A stretch of DNA of 64,000 bases from Takakia lepidozioides (GCA_030704615.1 CM060733.1:70060001-70124000); one strand, 5' to 3'. Shown: positions 1-13,120, counted from the first letter of the stretch. The notes: generated by a model not told the origin, from the sequence alone. Made by a program: numbers and translations.

Positions 1-2484
1 TTCAGAAAGTCATGGATAGAATTCTAGCAGGGGTGGACTTTGCTCGGTGCTACATAGATGACATCATCATCTTTAGTGTTACGATGGAGGAGCATGAGAG
101 ACACCTTCAGGTGGTATTGGAGCGCTTGAGAGCGCACGAATTGAAGTTACATCCGGGGAAGTGCAAGTTTTTCCACAACCAGATTGAGTATCTGGGTCAC
201 ATGATATATCCTGGAGGATTGGGGGTACAACAGACTAAGGTAGAGGCCATTGCACAAATTCCACGCCCCACGGATGTGAGCCGAGTTCGAGCTTTCATGG
301 GGTTGGCAAACTATTATAGACGGTTTGTCAAGGGATTTAGTACCATTACAAAGGCTCTAACCAAGCTGACCAAGGTGGACCAGGAGTGGCAGTGGGAAGA
401 TGAGCAGGAACGAGCTTTTCAAGAGCTCAAGGCGAGGTTGACCTCGGCGCCTATCCTGAGACGACCTATCAGGGGGCGTCCTTTTCAGCTGCATACGGAT
501 TAGAGCATGCTGGGGCTTGGAGCGGTGCTCACACAGGTGGATGATGAGGGAAGAGAGTTCGTAGTGGCTTATGCTAGCCGCTCGAACAACGCTGCAGAGG
601 CTAAGTACAGCTCATATGAGGGAGAGTGCTTAGCTGCAGTGTTGTGTGGCACACTTCAAGTGCTATCTATACGGCAATCTTTTCACCCTTGTCACGGATC
701 ACCAGCCACTCAAGTGGTTGATGGAGTCAGACAAGCTTACGGGGAAGCTTTCACGGTGGGCACTCATACTCCAGGAGTATGACTTTCAGGTTGTGCATCG
801 ACCGGGTTTGGTCAATCGGGATGCGGATGGATTGAGTCGCAATCCATGCATGAGCCAGCAGGATGACACTGGAGCTCGGTGGCATGGTGAGACGGACGAG
901 GAGATGGTGCCGGGATGGCACGCATCTGCATTTTTGTGTATCTTGGCATCGGGAGGTCAGGTTGGACCTACAACAGGGATGACTGTAGACGGAGTGTCTG
1001 AGGACCCTGAGGCTAGTGATGAGCCAGGTGGTGCCAGAGATATACATGAGGATTCGGCTGTGTTGGACTACCTCCGCACTGGAGACACGGCAGCCACTGT
1101 GACTGCCAGGGAGAGGGATCGGATCCTGCAACGAGCCAAGAGGTTCAAGTGGGAGGGGATACACCTACTTCAAGTGTGGGAGGATGGTCGGGTGAGGATT
1201 GTGCCTCACCCCACAGAGCGTGCACGGTTGGTGCGGCATGCCCATGAGGAGTTGGGGCATTTTGGAGTGCGACGCACTCACAGTTTACTGCAAGGGCAAT
1301 ATTGGTGGCGTGGTATGCATACAGAGGTACAACAGTTCGTGGCTAGGTGCATGGTGTGTGACAGGGTGCATGCTTCATTCAACACCCCTACACCACAATT
1401 GCATCATTTACCAATCATGGGATTGGGCTACAGGTGGAGTCTTGACTTCGCAGGACCGTTGCCACTGACTATGCGCCACCACAGATATGTGTTGGTGATG
1501 GTAGAGCACTTCTCCAAGTGGATTGAGTTGGTTCCATTGCCTGACAAGGCTAGTGAGGGGGCTGCGTATGCATTCTTGGATCGTGTGCTTAGCCGATTTG
1601 ATGCTCCAGCTGAGGTACTCACGGACCAAGGGAGAGAGTTCTTGGGGGAGTTTCAGGCTTTGTGTGATAAAGCCTTGATAGACCACCACACCACTTCTCG
1701 GGATCATCCTGAGGCCGATGGCTTAGCAGAGAGAGTTGTTCAGACGGTGAAGAGGGGTTTGCGCAAGTATGGCTTGCATAAGGGACACCTAGGAGATTGG
1801 GATCTTCAGGTTCCTTGGTTAGCCATGGGCTACAGGTTCAGCAAACAAGCATCACTTGCCTCCTTCTCACCATATTTCCTTCTCTTTGGCCGAGAGCCGG
1901 ATTTGCCTGCAGCCATTCGTAGGGACATTGCTCAAGTCCTTAACCTTGACGATCCGGATGTGGGGGTACGTGCATGTGATCAGCGTGCAAAGTTGTTCAA
2001 GAAAGTCATGCCCATGGCTTTTGAGAACCTTGCCATTGCACAGCACCGTGATACGTTGAGGTATGCCACTATACGTGGTGGAGGATATCGTCCTAGGGTT
2101 CGGAGGTTTAGCCCTGGTGACTATGTTTATTTGCAGCAAACTGCTCCTACAACTCTAGATGTTACTGCAGGGCGTGTTATTCTGAGGGTTCGAGAGGTGT
2201 TGCCTTCAGGGGTCCTGATCTTGGAGGGTCGGGATGGCATGACTTGGAAGGACCATGTGCGTAATTGTGTGCCATGTCACCTTCCCAATGTCGATGGCAG
2301 AGTTGACCCAAACTTGGCAGTGGTACCTGCAGGTTTGAGGTGCATGCTCTGTGGGTCTGCCAAAGGGGCAGCCACCATGCTGGTGTATGATCGATGCTCA
2401 AGGGGTTGGCATATGGGATGCTTGACACCACCTCTTGAGAAGGTTCCTGACGGAGATTGGTTGTGTCCACACTGCTTGGGATAG
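1..2484 (+). mobile_element. Ty3/Gypsy LTR retrotransposon pol (RT C-terminal part, RNase H, integrase, C-terminal PHD finger); disrupted, truncated by window start
   Basis: RT motif YIDDII, FMGLANYYRRF, RNase H LHTD*..LGAVL..VAYASR, TDHQPL, integrase HHCC zinc finger (HEELGH..CMVC), DDE core (TDQG..DGLAER), terminal CMLC..DRCSRGWHMGCLTPPL..WLCPHC. Stop at 501-503 and frameshift near 645. Confidence 0.95.
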
Positions 2485-2730
2485 TGGCAATGGACATGAC
2501 TGGAGGCAGCTAACAAGACATGGGAGGCCAAGCTCATAGGAGTCAATACATGAGATCCCAAGCTCAAGTTCACAGGTTGCAAGACGGCGACTAATGATGG
2601 GGCAACTCTTGCACCCGGCCTCTTGATCTATCGAGTTTGAGTGTAGTAGGGATAGTGGTGGAGGACTTAGTGAGGCTATGGTCACTATCACATCTTGTGG
2701 CTACCTGGACTTAGAGGGACCTAAGCACCA

Positions 2731-2930
2731 GCTAGGGGGCGATTGTGTGGACTAGTGACTGCCATAGTGGGCAGCATAGTGGCAACCTAGTGACTGACTA
2801 GCTGTAGCCTAGTGGTTGGACTAGTGGTTGGACTAGTGGTATACTAGTGTGTGGTGTGCACATGTGTTGTGTGGTTTTGGACAGCGATGTAGTTGTGTAG
2901 CGATATGTATGCGCACGACATGTATTTTGC
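2731..2930 (+). mobile_element. Probable polypurine tract and start of 3' LTR of the Gypsy element (LTR truncated or interrupted)
   Basis: AGGGGGCGA followed by T-TGT at ~2744, about 250 bp after the pol stop; short ACTAGTGG repeats follow. Confidence 0.5.
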
Positions 2931-2954
2931 GGTAATAGGTGCCTCCGGCAAAAA

Positions 2955-3190
2955 ATGGTGCCGAATTTTGCAGCTATAGGTCCCTCCATGTGAAGTGTGT
3001 TGGCCCAAAAATTGGAAATGTGGCGCCGAATTTCGGGAGATGGTGCTCAGGACTGCATAAATGTTGGGCAGTTTTGGGCCACATAACTGGAAATTCGGCG
3101 CCATATTTCCAGACATCGTTCCCGGACATGTTGGGACTTAGTCAGTTTTTGGCCCAAAATAGGGAAATTCGGCGTCATATTTCCAAAAAT
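2955..3190. repeat. Cluster of degenerate GGAAAT-N-GGCGCC-N-ATTTCC palindromic motifs downstream of the Mutator-like gene
   Basis: GGAAATGTGGCGCCGAATTTC (~3014), GGAAATTCGGCGCCATATTTCC (~3089), GGAAATTCGGCGTCATATTTCC (~3163); same core as arrays at 11.7 and 61.4 kb. Confidence 0.7.
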
Positions 3191-3447
3191 GGCTTCGATT
3201 GGAACTCAGTTTTTTGGAAGATCTGCAAATTTCCTGCCGCCATCTTATTATGGATTCTATTTCGACATTGAACTGCCACTGGACGTCAACGGATATCCAG
3301 AAGTCCATAATGTGTTTGAAAGAGATTACTTTAATATTGCAGGTCTCATTCCTGGAGTTTTGGGGTGGATTCAGTACACTGCAAAACATAGTCTAATGCA
3401 TAAAAATGCAATTGAAAATATCAATATGGTAGATTCCCTTTGCCCCA

Positions 3448-6400
3448 TCAATGATTTCTGGAATCCCTGCCGAGGAGTTTGTGCAGCTCGTTTACGCTCA
3501 ACGCTGGTGCATGAACAAAGTCATCAATACTCAAGTTCATCCTCAGCCTCTTCAGGTAAATGTAATACAGATGCTTGCACTGATAATACTTTGTCCCCTT
3601 CTTTGCTTCCATCAACGAAAAGTCCGTACAATTGCAGGTCGGCTCCACTCCGATTGTAATTGTGTATACGTCGTCGCGTACAGCTGAACCGGCCGTTGCC
3701 ATCCGATAAACACGCCCAAGGCCGGGTGCAGGTACGTCCCGGGAGCTCTGAAAAATGCAAGCCATCCCAAGAGCATTGGCAATCCGAGTCTCATTCAATT
3801 TGTTGGGAGGGTGTCATCTCGTTACTCTTCCGAATCGTATTGTGGGATGTGCAGAATTGTACAATCCGTCTCTACTGGACCTCGCAGTCTGCAATGGTTG
3901 GGACTGAGGAACTAGAAATGGGTGGGCCGGGACGTCTGTGCGTTGCACCATTCAAAATCCTGCTGCAGAAAGAGCATCCGCCTCATTCTGAGAGAGGTTG
4001 CAACCCGGTGCAACAGGCCAGACGCCGAGAGGCCCCGACATTCCCTGAATCCCGTACTTGGGTTTGCCAAATACACAAGTCATTATGTCGTGCCTACAGA
4101 ACCAAAACGTCTACGTTGTGGCGTGAGAAAATCTGGGAGTCATAAATCTGCCGCCAAAACAAGGTGCAGGTACAGCACCGTGTGGGTTCCTCCGAATCAT
4201 CTCACTGCAGCATATTCTCGTATCCACCCGGATGGCGCAGCACTTCCCTCAAAATGCCGACAATGTCCTTGCAATTCTCCACTGTGACTCCGACACTCTT
4301 GTCTCCACAATGGGTATGTTGTACTGCGTGACGACAGATGGCTCGTTATGTTCCTTGTGCACGTGCCCTGTGCTCAAAGGAGATGGTGATCTTGAACGTG
4401 CAGGGCTTGCGGTGCTCGACGAGACGTCGTCGGGCAACATTACGAGACCCCGAGGGAACGTGCGAATATTCTTGTCAGCTCGCCATGAATCCTCTTCTCC
4501 GCCAGGTGGCTTGTCAAGTCTTTGTCTCACTGGACGGGTGTGAACATCTCCTTCCAAGTGTTGGCCTCTTCGAAGAAAATGCGTGTCTCGAAGGCCCTCT
4601 CGCAAGGCTGCTGCCCACTTCCAAGGATTCTTGGATCTGGAGGCAGTCCGCATCAGCATTTCCTACCTGTCCGGCCCCAAGCCCCACTGTTTCCTTTTCA
4701 AGAACTCGTTGTACCTGCATTGCTGCATAATTGACCTCACAATGTCCTCCGTTGTGGTAGTGAGGATGTCCACCAGATGCGCCGTAGAGGAGGCACGCTA
4801 GGAAGAATGTACTGATTTGGCCATGTTTGTTGTCGACATGTCGGTGTCGGAGTCCAGACACATTTCCTTCACATGCACATTCTCAGGTTAGAAGCAAGTT
4901 ACAATTAATGACTAGCATAATATTGAACGGGACGTGAAATCGTCCAACTCACCTCCCGCATATAGTCGTCGAACTGGAGGAAACGATAATGCCACCATGC
5001 TAGTCAACTGACCATAGCTCCCTCGTCTGATTTCTTTACAGCACCTGACGTTGTCCACCAAGCCCGTATACATGCAAACTGTGTTTCTGCATCATCCAAG
5101 GTGGGAGCACGCTTCCACACAAGACACATGGAACGGTGCTACTCTCTGAATTCTGGCGCCACAAGCCTCATTGTGTACTATGACAAGCTCTGGAGAAAAT
5201 GGAACCCACAAGATCTCTCCTTGCCTTCTATTGGAACATTGGGGTCTTCCCCATACACCCTTCGGATTGCAGCCCAATTTGCTTGTGCGTTGTCCGCCAT
5301 GAAACCACGGAAATTCGGTGGGGGCAATCCCGCCCTTGCCATCTATTCGTTTATTCCCTACCAAAGAAGCATCTCCAATTGTGTGTCATTTTCATCTCAC
5401 AAATAACAATTGTCATTAGCATCCTGTTGTGGGGGTCGTAGACATGTGCACCCATTGTCACCCACTGGTGATTTGTAATTTGCTTGATATGGTCGAACAT
5501 GACCCAACTATTTGACAAGTTTCCACTCGTCATCCGGTGGACCAGATCCACGCCGCTGCCAGGCCCACACGTTGACATTTTGAATACGAAACAACGATCT
5601 GCCTTAGTCCCTTGTCCTGGAAACCTACTTCCATGAATGTAGTCGTATCCACATCGTCGCTTCACCTCCAGAATGGAGTGCATATCCGAGCCTCGCCCAA
5701 TTCTCTGTTTGCAGGAGACAATGCGGTTTCGGACATTCGGTGAACAGACATGGGACACTGACTCTAGCAATGCCTCCATTTCCTTCTCATCGAGAGGAAC
5801 TCTATCGGAGCCATCTTCCGACATTATTTTGCCCAATGCCATCTTATGGGCACCCCGCAGCTGTATCTGTTTGGGTTTGGCACCAGGTCTCAACTTAACC
5901 TCCTCCTCAATGAGCTGCTCTACCTCCTGGGCAGCCTCCCGCGATTCCCCCTCGCCAACTTGTGACAATGCACACCAATGTGTATGCAAGCTCGTGTGAG
6001 GTCAGGGAAACGGTGCAACACATAGAACTGCTTGGCATTACAAACAGACATGCAATGGGGTGGTTCTTTGCAATGCACACACTTAAATGTAGAGTTTGGA
6101 ACTTTTTCCTGAGCTTGAAATGGTTGCTGAGCTGTGCCTATCCAATCCGTCTCATTCATGTGACCTCTAGATTTAAAGTGGAAGCAAGTTGGGGAGAAAC
6201 ACCGCAGCGCGCTCGCACACACAACGTAGTGCACCCGCACACCATCGAACATCTTCATGCTGGTGGTTCTGGTGACGCACCAAGGATGGCCGTCATGTTT
6301 CCTATCCATATCTGTCAACATTCCGGACGCCCTAGAACAGTCCGTTCGAGGAGGGAACTCAAAAAAGATATTGTCGTCGACGTCTGCGGGAAGGCGTGTC

Positions 6401-7031
6401 ACGGATTTGATTGTGAACTTGCTGTAGTCCAGCCCAGCCAGCTCGGAGCGGTGTCCCTCCGTCTGAAGCCCTTGCTATCAAGAATGGATTGAGTTGCTGA
6501 GCTCGTGCTGGGAATATGACTCCCTCGTCCGCTAATGTCCATTGAGGACTTGCCTGATCTCCAAGATGATCTTGGAACTTCTATGACCTCGTCTAAGTCG
6601 GACAGGTTGTGAACAACCCGGTTCTTGCTCATCTTCATTGATGGGGTCAGCTCAGGATTAACTCCGTTGCGGATTTCTCTCTTTGAGGTACCAACTCTCT
6701 GATTCGCGGATTGTTTCGTGGAAGGCGGCAGGAGAGAAGGCGCATTTGGCGGGCAAATGAAGTCCCCAACAGCTCTGTATATGATGTTGTCCGATGGTGG
6801 AATTCGCCATTCCCTGCCGTCGCCGAAATCATCGTGGAGCACAACAATACTTTCGACTACAATTCCATTTGAATCCTTCCTTTCCTCCTCCAGGAATACT
6901 GACCCCGGTTTCAGGTGGTATTGGACGCAGAGATATTTCTCCATCACCCGACAGATCCCCCCTCTGCACGGAAATGTAGCTCTATGCTCGTGAGGAGGGC
7001 AAAACACTATAGCGCTCGAGTTTTCAGCCAT
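3448..7031 (-). mobile_element. Mutator-like (MULE) transposase pseudogene: GCM/WRKY-like zinc domain, DDE core, C-terminal SWIM finger
   Basis: Cys/His-rich N-terminal domain (CASALRC..CVHC..C..C..HIGVHCH, 5950-6300). Core has VMFDH..VYD..TIVICEM (5400-5500), then FMADNAQANWAAIRRVYG..ERSCGFH (read from minus strand ~5200-5300). SWIM CNC-x-CKH at 3570-3640. Frameshifts, stops and probable introns. Confidence 0.8.
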
Positions 7032-8779
7032 GGGAGATGTGTACACAAGACTGCGAGCACGGCGTTCGGGCAAGCGCCCTGGGAGAAGCGGGAATGCAGC
7101 AAGGGAAAGTAATGCAGGGCCGATGTTTCCCAACGACGAAGCCTATTCACGAATCCCACGAGCCCACACTCCCAAAAATCCACTGTCAGAGTTTTCATGA
7201 ACCTTGTCTCCGGAATGCGGCCCCTGGCCTTTGCGCAATAACTGCCAACGGTATGCAGTCAGAAGGCTGTAGACCTGTGCAGGTGCCCTGCGCAAACCAA
7301 TAATTGCGGCGTCTGGGGGGGGCGAGCGTGCAAGCACAGGTCTAGAGGGTCTGATTACAAGCTTGAGTGCTGGACCCGGAGTGGCAAAAGTCAACATTCA
7401 ACAAAATGCATGGTTAACTAGAATTACCTACTTCTAGTTAACTCGGACATTTTGGATATTTATATTTGTATTTTGTGTGTTGGGACTTCATTTGGTCTTA
7501 CATGCCAAGTGAGATTGCACAAAAAGTGGATCTTTTTTGGCGGCGGCATGGGGGTCGCAGATGACCATGGGCTTTTCTTTTTTTCTTTTTGGGTGTATTG
7601 GAATTGCATTTTGGGTTTTTTTTTTTTTTTTTTTTGGGGTGCTTTCATTAACCACCCTTAGTCCTTCAATCCCTGTAGGTTATGGTGCGACATCATCACC
7701 GGGCGAGTATCGACGACTTTGATGCGGTGCCCTTGGATGGCCCCTCGACCTCGTCCGCTCATGACTAGGATACACCTGCTGGGCCTTCACGACCCACACG
7801 GCGGCGTAGACTTGATCCCGGGCACAGTCCACAAGGGCATGGTGTGCCACCTTGCTTGCCACCTTGAGGGCGTAGGCCTCCAAGTCCGGAGCCGCGAAGG
7901 CTCGATGGGCCTACGACGGACCGTCCCCCAAAGATGGAATGTTGGTGCAAGCAGTGTTGGTGACAAATGGGGCCGGGTCTTATACCAATTTTGCGCCGAC
8001 GACATGTTGTCAAAGCACATTACAAGTTAAATGGCATTGCCGATGCAGCGAGGGTGAGTCTTCCATAAACCCTTTTGGATTTAATTAATTGGACACATGC
8101 AATTAATTAATGAATACATGCAATATACATTGCGGTAGTTTCATGGTAGAAATGATTGCTAACTAGTGTTGCAACATATATTGTATATTGCAGCCACGGC
8201 TTGATGTCCAGGCAGCCCGCAATCATATTGCATTGGAGGCATTTGAGAGCAGACTCCTTTCGACATTCGATGTCCATCCAGTGCCGGATGTGACCAGCTT
8301 CTTTCCCCAGGATGGATAGGATCCGTGAGACGATGGGTTATAAGTATTGCTATAGTCTGTATGGTAGGCGAGCAGGCCATTCCTCACCACCGGCATCTCC
8401 GCATCCACCATCACCCCCATCTCTTGCACAATCCTTGCACACACCCAATCCACACCCATCCCCGCCTCTTTCTCCACCTCTAGTTATACCTCCGGCCCCC
8501 TTGGTTGTACCTTGGAGTGCGGTATGGCCACAAGTTGTTCGACCACAACGACTATATGCACCTCACACTCCTAGGAGATGCAAGAGGGCATTCCCCACTC
8601 CTCTTCGACGGACCTTGGACCACAATATTAAGTACACAGCCGCATGTAGGAAATTGCTTACAAGGCCCTTCCAAAGCATGTGGTGGCAGCCTCTTGTGCC
8701 TGCAGTCCCAATTCCTGATATCGAGCCATTTGAGTTCTGGGGTCGACGATATTGCGTGAGACTTGCGACCGACCCTACC

Positions 8780-9177
8780 ATGGGTCGTGGACTATCACAA
8801 TGGATGACATTGTGGTGCCCGACCGACGTTTGGTGGATTTGTTTCCTTAAATTGGTCCTTACTACATCGCTACGGAGTGGGCCACATTGCGCCGCTGCGC
8901 TTCTTTCATTGGCCCCTATATTCTGGGTGTCAATGACATTGAGGTGGTGCATATAGGGATTGGCCAATGAGCCGCCTAATTTATTGTGATGGCAACCCCG
9001 ATATTTTTGGCAATGTTGCGGGACTCATCAATAGCTCCATTTCAGATAGGAGCCTCACCAATGTAGAGTGGGAGGAGCGACATGATGGGAAGGCTCCATC
9101 CAGAGATAGGCACATTTAACATGACATGTACATGTAGGACAATCCCAGCCGGATTTGAGTTGTTTGTTGTATACTAG
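8780..9177 (+). pseudogene. Degenerate SET-domain (lysine methyltransferase-like) coding relic
   Basis: Manual translation across frameshifts: MGRGL (8780), DGNPDIFGNVAGLINSS (8987-9038) and RTIPAGFELFVVY* (9136-9177). These match SET motifs GxGL, GNxARFINHS and RDIxxGEELxxDY in the right order and spacing. Confidence 0.65.
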
Positions 9178-9369
9178 TTATTTCATGCCTCGGGGTAGGC
9201 AATACGGATGTGTGATCATACTTGTACATTGACCACATATTTTTTCCATGTATAAAAATGAGCATGTATACATTCGGTTCCAATTCGGGTCTACGGACCC
9301 TATTGTTATTCATACGTCATTCGATAATGTTACTTTTGCAAATTGTCATGCTTAATTTGGAGCGACGCT

Positions 9370-9490
9370 ACGGCGTGAGCGGTGAGGCATGAGCGGTGAG
9401 CGCATGCTCACGCGGGGCTGACGTGGCGTGAGCGCAGGCTGACGCACTGTGACGTGGCGTGAGCCCATGCTCACGCCATGTCAGCATGAG
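9370..9490. repeat. GC-rich cluster of direct/inverted GCGTGAGC / GCTCACGC motifs
   Basis: Repeated cgtggcgtgagc...gctcacgc hairpin-capable units; typical of transposon subterminal sequence. Confidence 0.55.
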
Positions 9491-9709
9491 TGGATGCCAC
9501 GTCAGCAAATGGGACGGGCGGTCGAAGAAAGGGTACCTATTCCCGTTGCACCGATATCCGTGGGAATAGGCATGTACAGTATGATGAAATTAGACCCCAT
9601 TATGTAAGAAGACCCCATGGCTTCAATGAATAGGTAGGACTGTAAACCGCCGACCTATGCTGCATATTGCATACAAGATGACAAAGAATCCACCATCTTC
9701 AAAGACATT

Positions 9710-10600
9710 CAATACATAGTAGAAATGGCGTGCTTCGAAGCACACCGTTTCTGCCCCATCCAAAAGCCTATTTTTGAGGTCTCTTCAAACAGCAACAGAA
9801 AGCATGGAGGGTAATGGAAAGGGATTGCATACATAGCAGAAATGGTGTGCTTTGAAGCACACCGTTTCGGCCCCACCCAAAAGGCTCTTTTTGAGGTCTC
9901 TTCACACAACAATAGAAAGCATGGAGGGTACTTGAAATGGATTGAATAAATAGCAGAAATGGTGTGCTTCGAAGAAGCATCTGGAAATGGGGTCAGGCAG
10001 GATGGTGTGCGGCGCCGCACACCATTTTTCCAACCAACCACACCACACCACTTTCCTACATTGTTGTGAATCCCAAACAGCAGCCCCCATCACCTGCGCG
10101 GCCTTGCTTTCATAGTATGCATCCTCCACATCTCCCTCCATGTCCTCTGTCTGGACCTCCTCTGTCTCTACAGGTGGGTTCTCGACAACCACTCTCTGCA
10201 TCTTCCCCTGCAATGTTTCGACAAACGGGTCAGTATCCGGACTACAGAAATGGTGTGCGGTGCCGCACACCACTTTCCTACATCGTTGTGAACCCCAAAG
10301 AGTAGCCTCCATTCCTACCATTCCAGTCAAAGCACACATTCAGAAGGGAGCTTAAAGGGTGTGCGGCGTCGCAGACCGTTTGTGCATTCTTCTCTACCCC
10401 CTTCAACACTCCATAGAACCTTCTCCATGAGCTTGATGGGGTCCCAAATTTGATGTTTTTCAATGGGCAGAAAGGGTGTGCGGCGCCGCACACTCTTTTT
10501 CCAACCAACCACCTGGGGGGGAATTTTAAGATTTGTTTTTTTTTAATAAAAAAAAATGGTTGGAAAAAGGGTGTGCACAGCGCCGCACACACACCCTTTT
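9710..10600. repeat. ~120-bp tandem repeat (2-3 copies) followed by five dispersed GGTGTGCGGCGCCGCACACC palindromes
   Basis: agaaatggtgtgcttcgaagca recurs at ~9721, 9838, 9956; palindromes at ~10004, 10252, 10358, 10475, 10570. Confidence 0.8.
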
Positions 10601-11734
10601 TGCCCATTGAAAAACACAAATCTTGCAAGCTAAAGCAAGGGAATAAAAGTGACCTAACGAAGCACTTTCCACATTTTATGGGCAATGTTGAACATAATAT
10701 ATGGACTTCGGAGAGTCAAACAAGACTAGCAGGGTTTATAAGATTCTCCAGCTCTCAGGAAGGAAATTTTTTATTAATAATGAATTGTGACAAGTATGCA
10801 TGCCCTCACAAGGTGAGGTAAGCCAAAAGTATGCATGCAATCCATGCTTGGCTAAGTTGGGAATTTGCTGCCGTGTTGCACTGTTCTCACCAAGAAGCTG
10901 GAACCTCAATTGGCCTCTCAACAAGCTCCTGGCTGACAGGGTGTCGGTAAGTGAAGACGATGGATGCAGCCCGCTCCCCTTTGGTGTAGTGGACAACGGT
11001 GTCATGTCCTCCGATATATGCACCATCGTAAATGGAGATCTTTGTTGTGGAGACTCGGTGTCCATATGACTCATCCTCGTAGCTTATGAGAATGTCCCCA
11101 TAGACTGTTTGCGAGGGAATCCTCTGAGGCCTGTACGTACAGCCGATGCAATCCTCGTAGGCCCACTGGCAGCACCTCCAATGATACAGGAAGGCTGTGC
11201 GGCTTTTGGGGATGTTCCATGCAGGCGGATACTACAGATCAACGATTCGCAGGCACCACAACCACGCAAGCCCGTCCCCACGAGGCCCATCGTGGAAGCC
11301 AGGAAGGTACTCAAGAGCGGACAGGTCGCCTCTGCTAAGACTGGTCTATCCAATCATGCCAAAATATGAAAATGTCCCCTGACTTGGGCGAGAAGTCCCA
11401 CGGGGTGAGACCCTTGTTGGGGCAATTGCTGGGATCCCGGCACGCCATCGCCGAGTATTGAAAGGGCTGCCAGGAAGCAGAGAGGGTGCACAAGGAAGTG
11501 GGAGTGTCGGAGGAGAGTGAAAGGAGCTCAGAGCTCAGATTGGAGTTGCTCGCTCGGTTTGAAACGCAGTGGGTGACGGGGAAATTTGGACAAGTGGCAA
11601 ACAAATGCGCAACATTTAATATGCCCGTACCCGGGAATGAGGCGCAACATTTCTTTCGTGGTCGGCTCCATAAAACCGCGTCCCACGAACGACCTCCCGG
11701 GGGGAGATGGCGCCAACATGTTCATCCAAGTCCA

Positions 11735-12175
11735 TCCCCCGGATGGAAAAATAGCGCCGGATTTCCATCGGAGGGTGCTCGGATGGAGTCGTCCCGGGGG
11801 GAGAGGCCTCCACATGGCTGCCAGAGTTCGTCCCCCGGATGGAAAAATGGCGCCGGATTTCCATCGGAGGGTGCTCGGATGCAGTCGTCCCGGGGGGAGA
11901 GGCCTCCACGTGGCTGCCAGAGTTCGTCCCCCGGATGGAAAAATGGCGTCGGATTTCCATCGGAGGGTGCTCGGATGCAGTCGTCGCAGGGGGAGAGGCC
12001 TCCACGTGGCTGCCAGAGTTCCTCCCCCGGATGGAAAAATGGCGCCGGATTTCCATCGGAGGGTGCTCGGATGCAGTCGTCGCGGGGGGAGAGGCCTCCA
12101 TGTGGCTGCTAGAGTTCGTCCCCCGGATGGAAAAATGGCGCCGGATTTCCATCGGAGGGGGCTCGGATGGAGTCG
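11735..12175. repeat. 96-bp tandem array, 5 palindromic cores GGATGGAAAAATGGCGCCGGATTTCCATC
   Basis: Cores start at 11741, 11837, 11933, 12029, 12125 (period 96). Confidence 0.95.
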
Positions 12176-12368
12176 GGGAGATGCCAGAATCCATCCCCCG
12201 GACCTCCATAAGGTCGTTCAAATCCGCCATGGACGTCTCTGCAGGTGCTATGCATGTACCCCCGAGCACAACTCCAACCTACTCCATTATGGAACTCCTA
12301 CGGCAACTACACCTGGATGGTTCTCGCTTCGAGCTGGCTGCTCTTGACTATACCAAATTTTCAGTTAC

Positions 12369-13120
12369 TTAGGTTGCGTATTTTCCTCCCGACGTCAATG
12401 GGAACGTGACCTTCGAGTTTCCACCTCTGTCTTCGTCAAACAAAGCCTCTGGGATGTTAACGAACATAGATCGAAAGCATGACGAACACCCTTGGTGTGG
12501 ACGAGGACCAATAGCACAAAAATTGCAGATGGTGTTCGTGTAAGATATGTCCTCTGTGCGGGGAAGCTGAGGTACCTCAATCCGACTTGCTTCCACTTTC
12601 TCTCGAAAGGAGGGTGGAGAAACGAGACGGATTGGACGGGCACAACCCCTCAACCATTCATTGTCTCCAGTCAGGCTCCTGCGGGTACTTTCAAGTGCGC
12701 CCATTGCAAAGATCCACCAACATGCATGTCAGTGTGCAAAGCCAAGCAATATTATGTTGGTAGTCAGTTCCCAGACTTGACAAGAGCTTGCATACACGTT
12801 GGGGTCCACTGCCACCCCTTGGCGATAGACAACATGTGGGAGGCTGTGCAGGAAGCACATGACATCATAAAAGATGAGGTGAAATTGAGCCTCGGAGCCA
12901 GACCAAAGCAGATACAGCTGAAGGTAGCCCACAAGATTGCTCTGGGAGAAATTATGTCTGAAGATGGAAAGGACCGAGTGCCCTTGGATGAGAGGGAGAT
13001 GGTGGACCACTTGGAGTCCGTCTTGCACGTTTGCAGCCCGAATGTGCGGAATCACATCGTATCTTGCAAGCAAGAATCTGGCCGGGGGTCGGACATGCAC
13101 TCTATCCTGGAGGTGAAAGT
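12369..13120 (+). mobile_element. Second, truncated copy of the GCM/MULE transposase N-terminal region
   Basis: ORF 12492-13178 closely matches the 5650-6400 minus-strand protein (NETDW.GT..QPF, FPDLTRACIH.GVHCH, PKQIQL, GRGSDMHSILEVK); homology stops abruptly at ~13118. Confidence 0.9.

Noticed and set aside
11486-12372. Long overlapping ORFs with 32-aa repeats
   Set aside because: By-product of a stop-poor 96-bp GC-rich repeat that is open in several frames on both strands.
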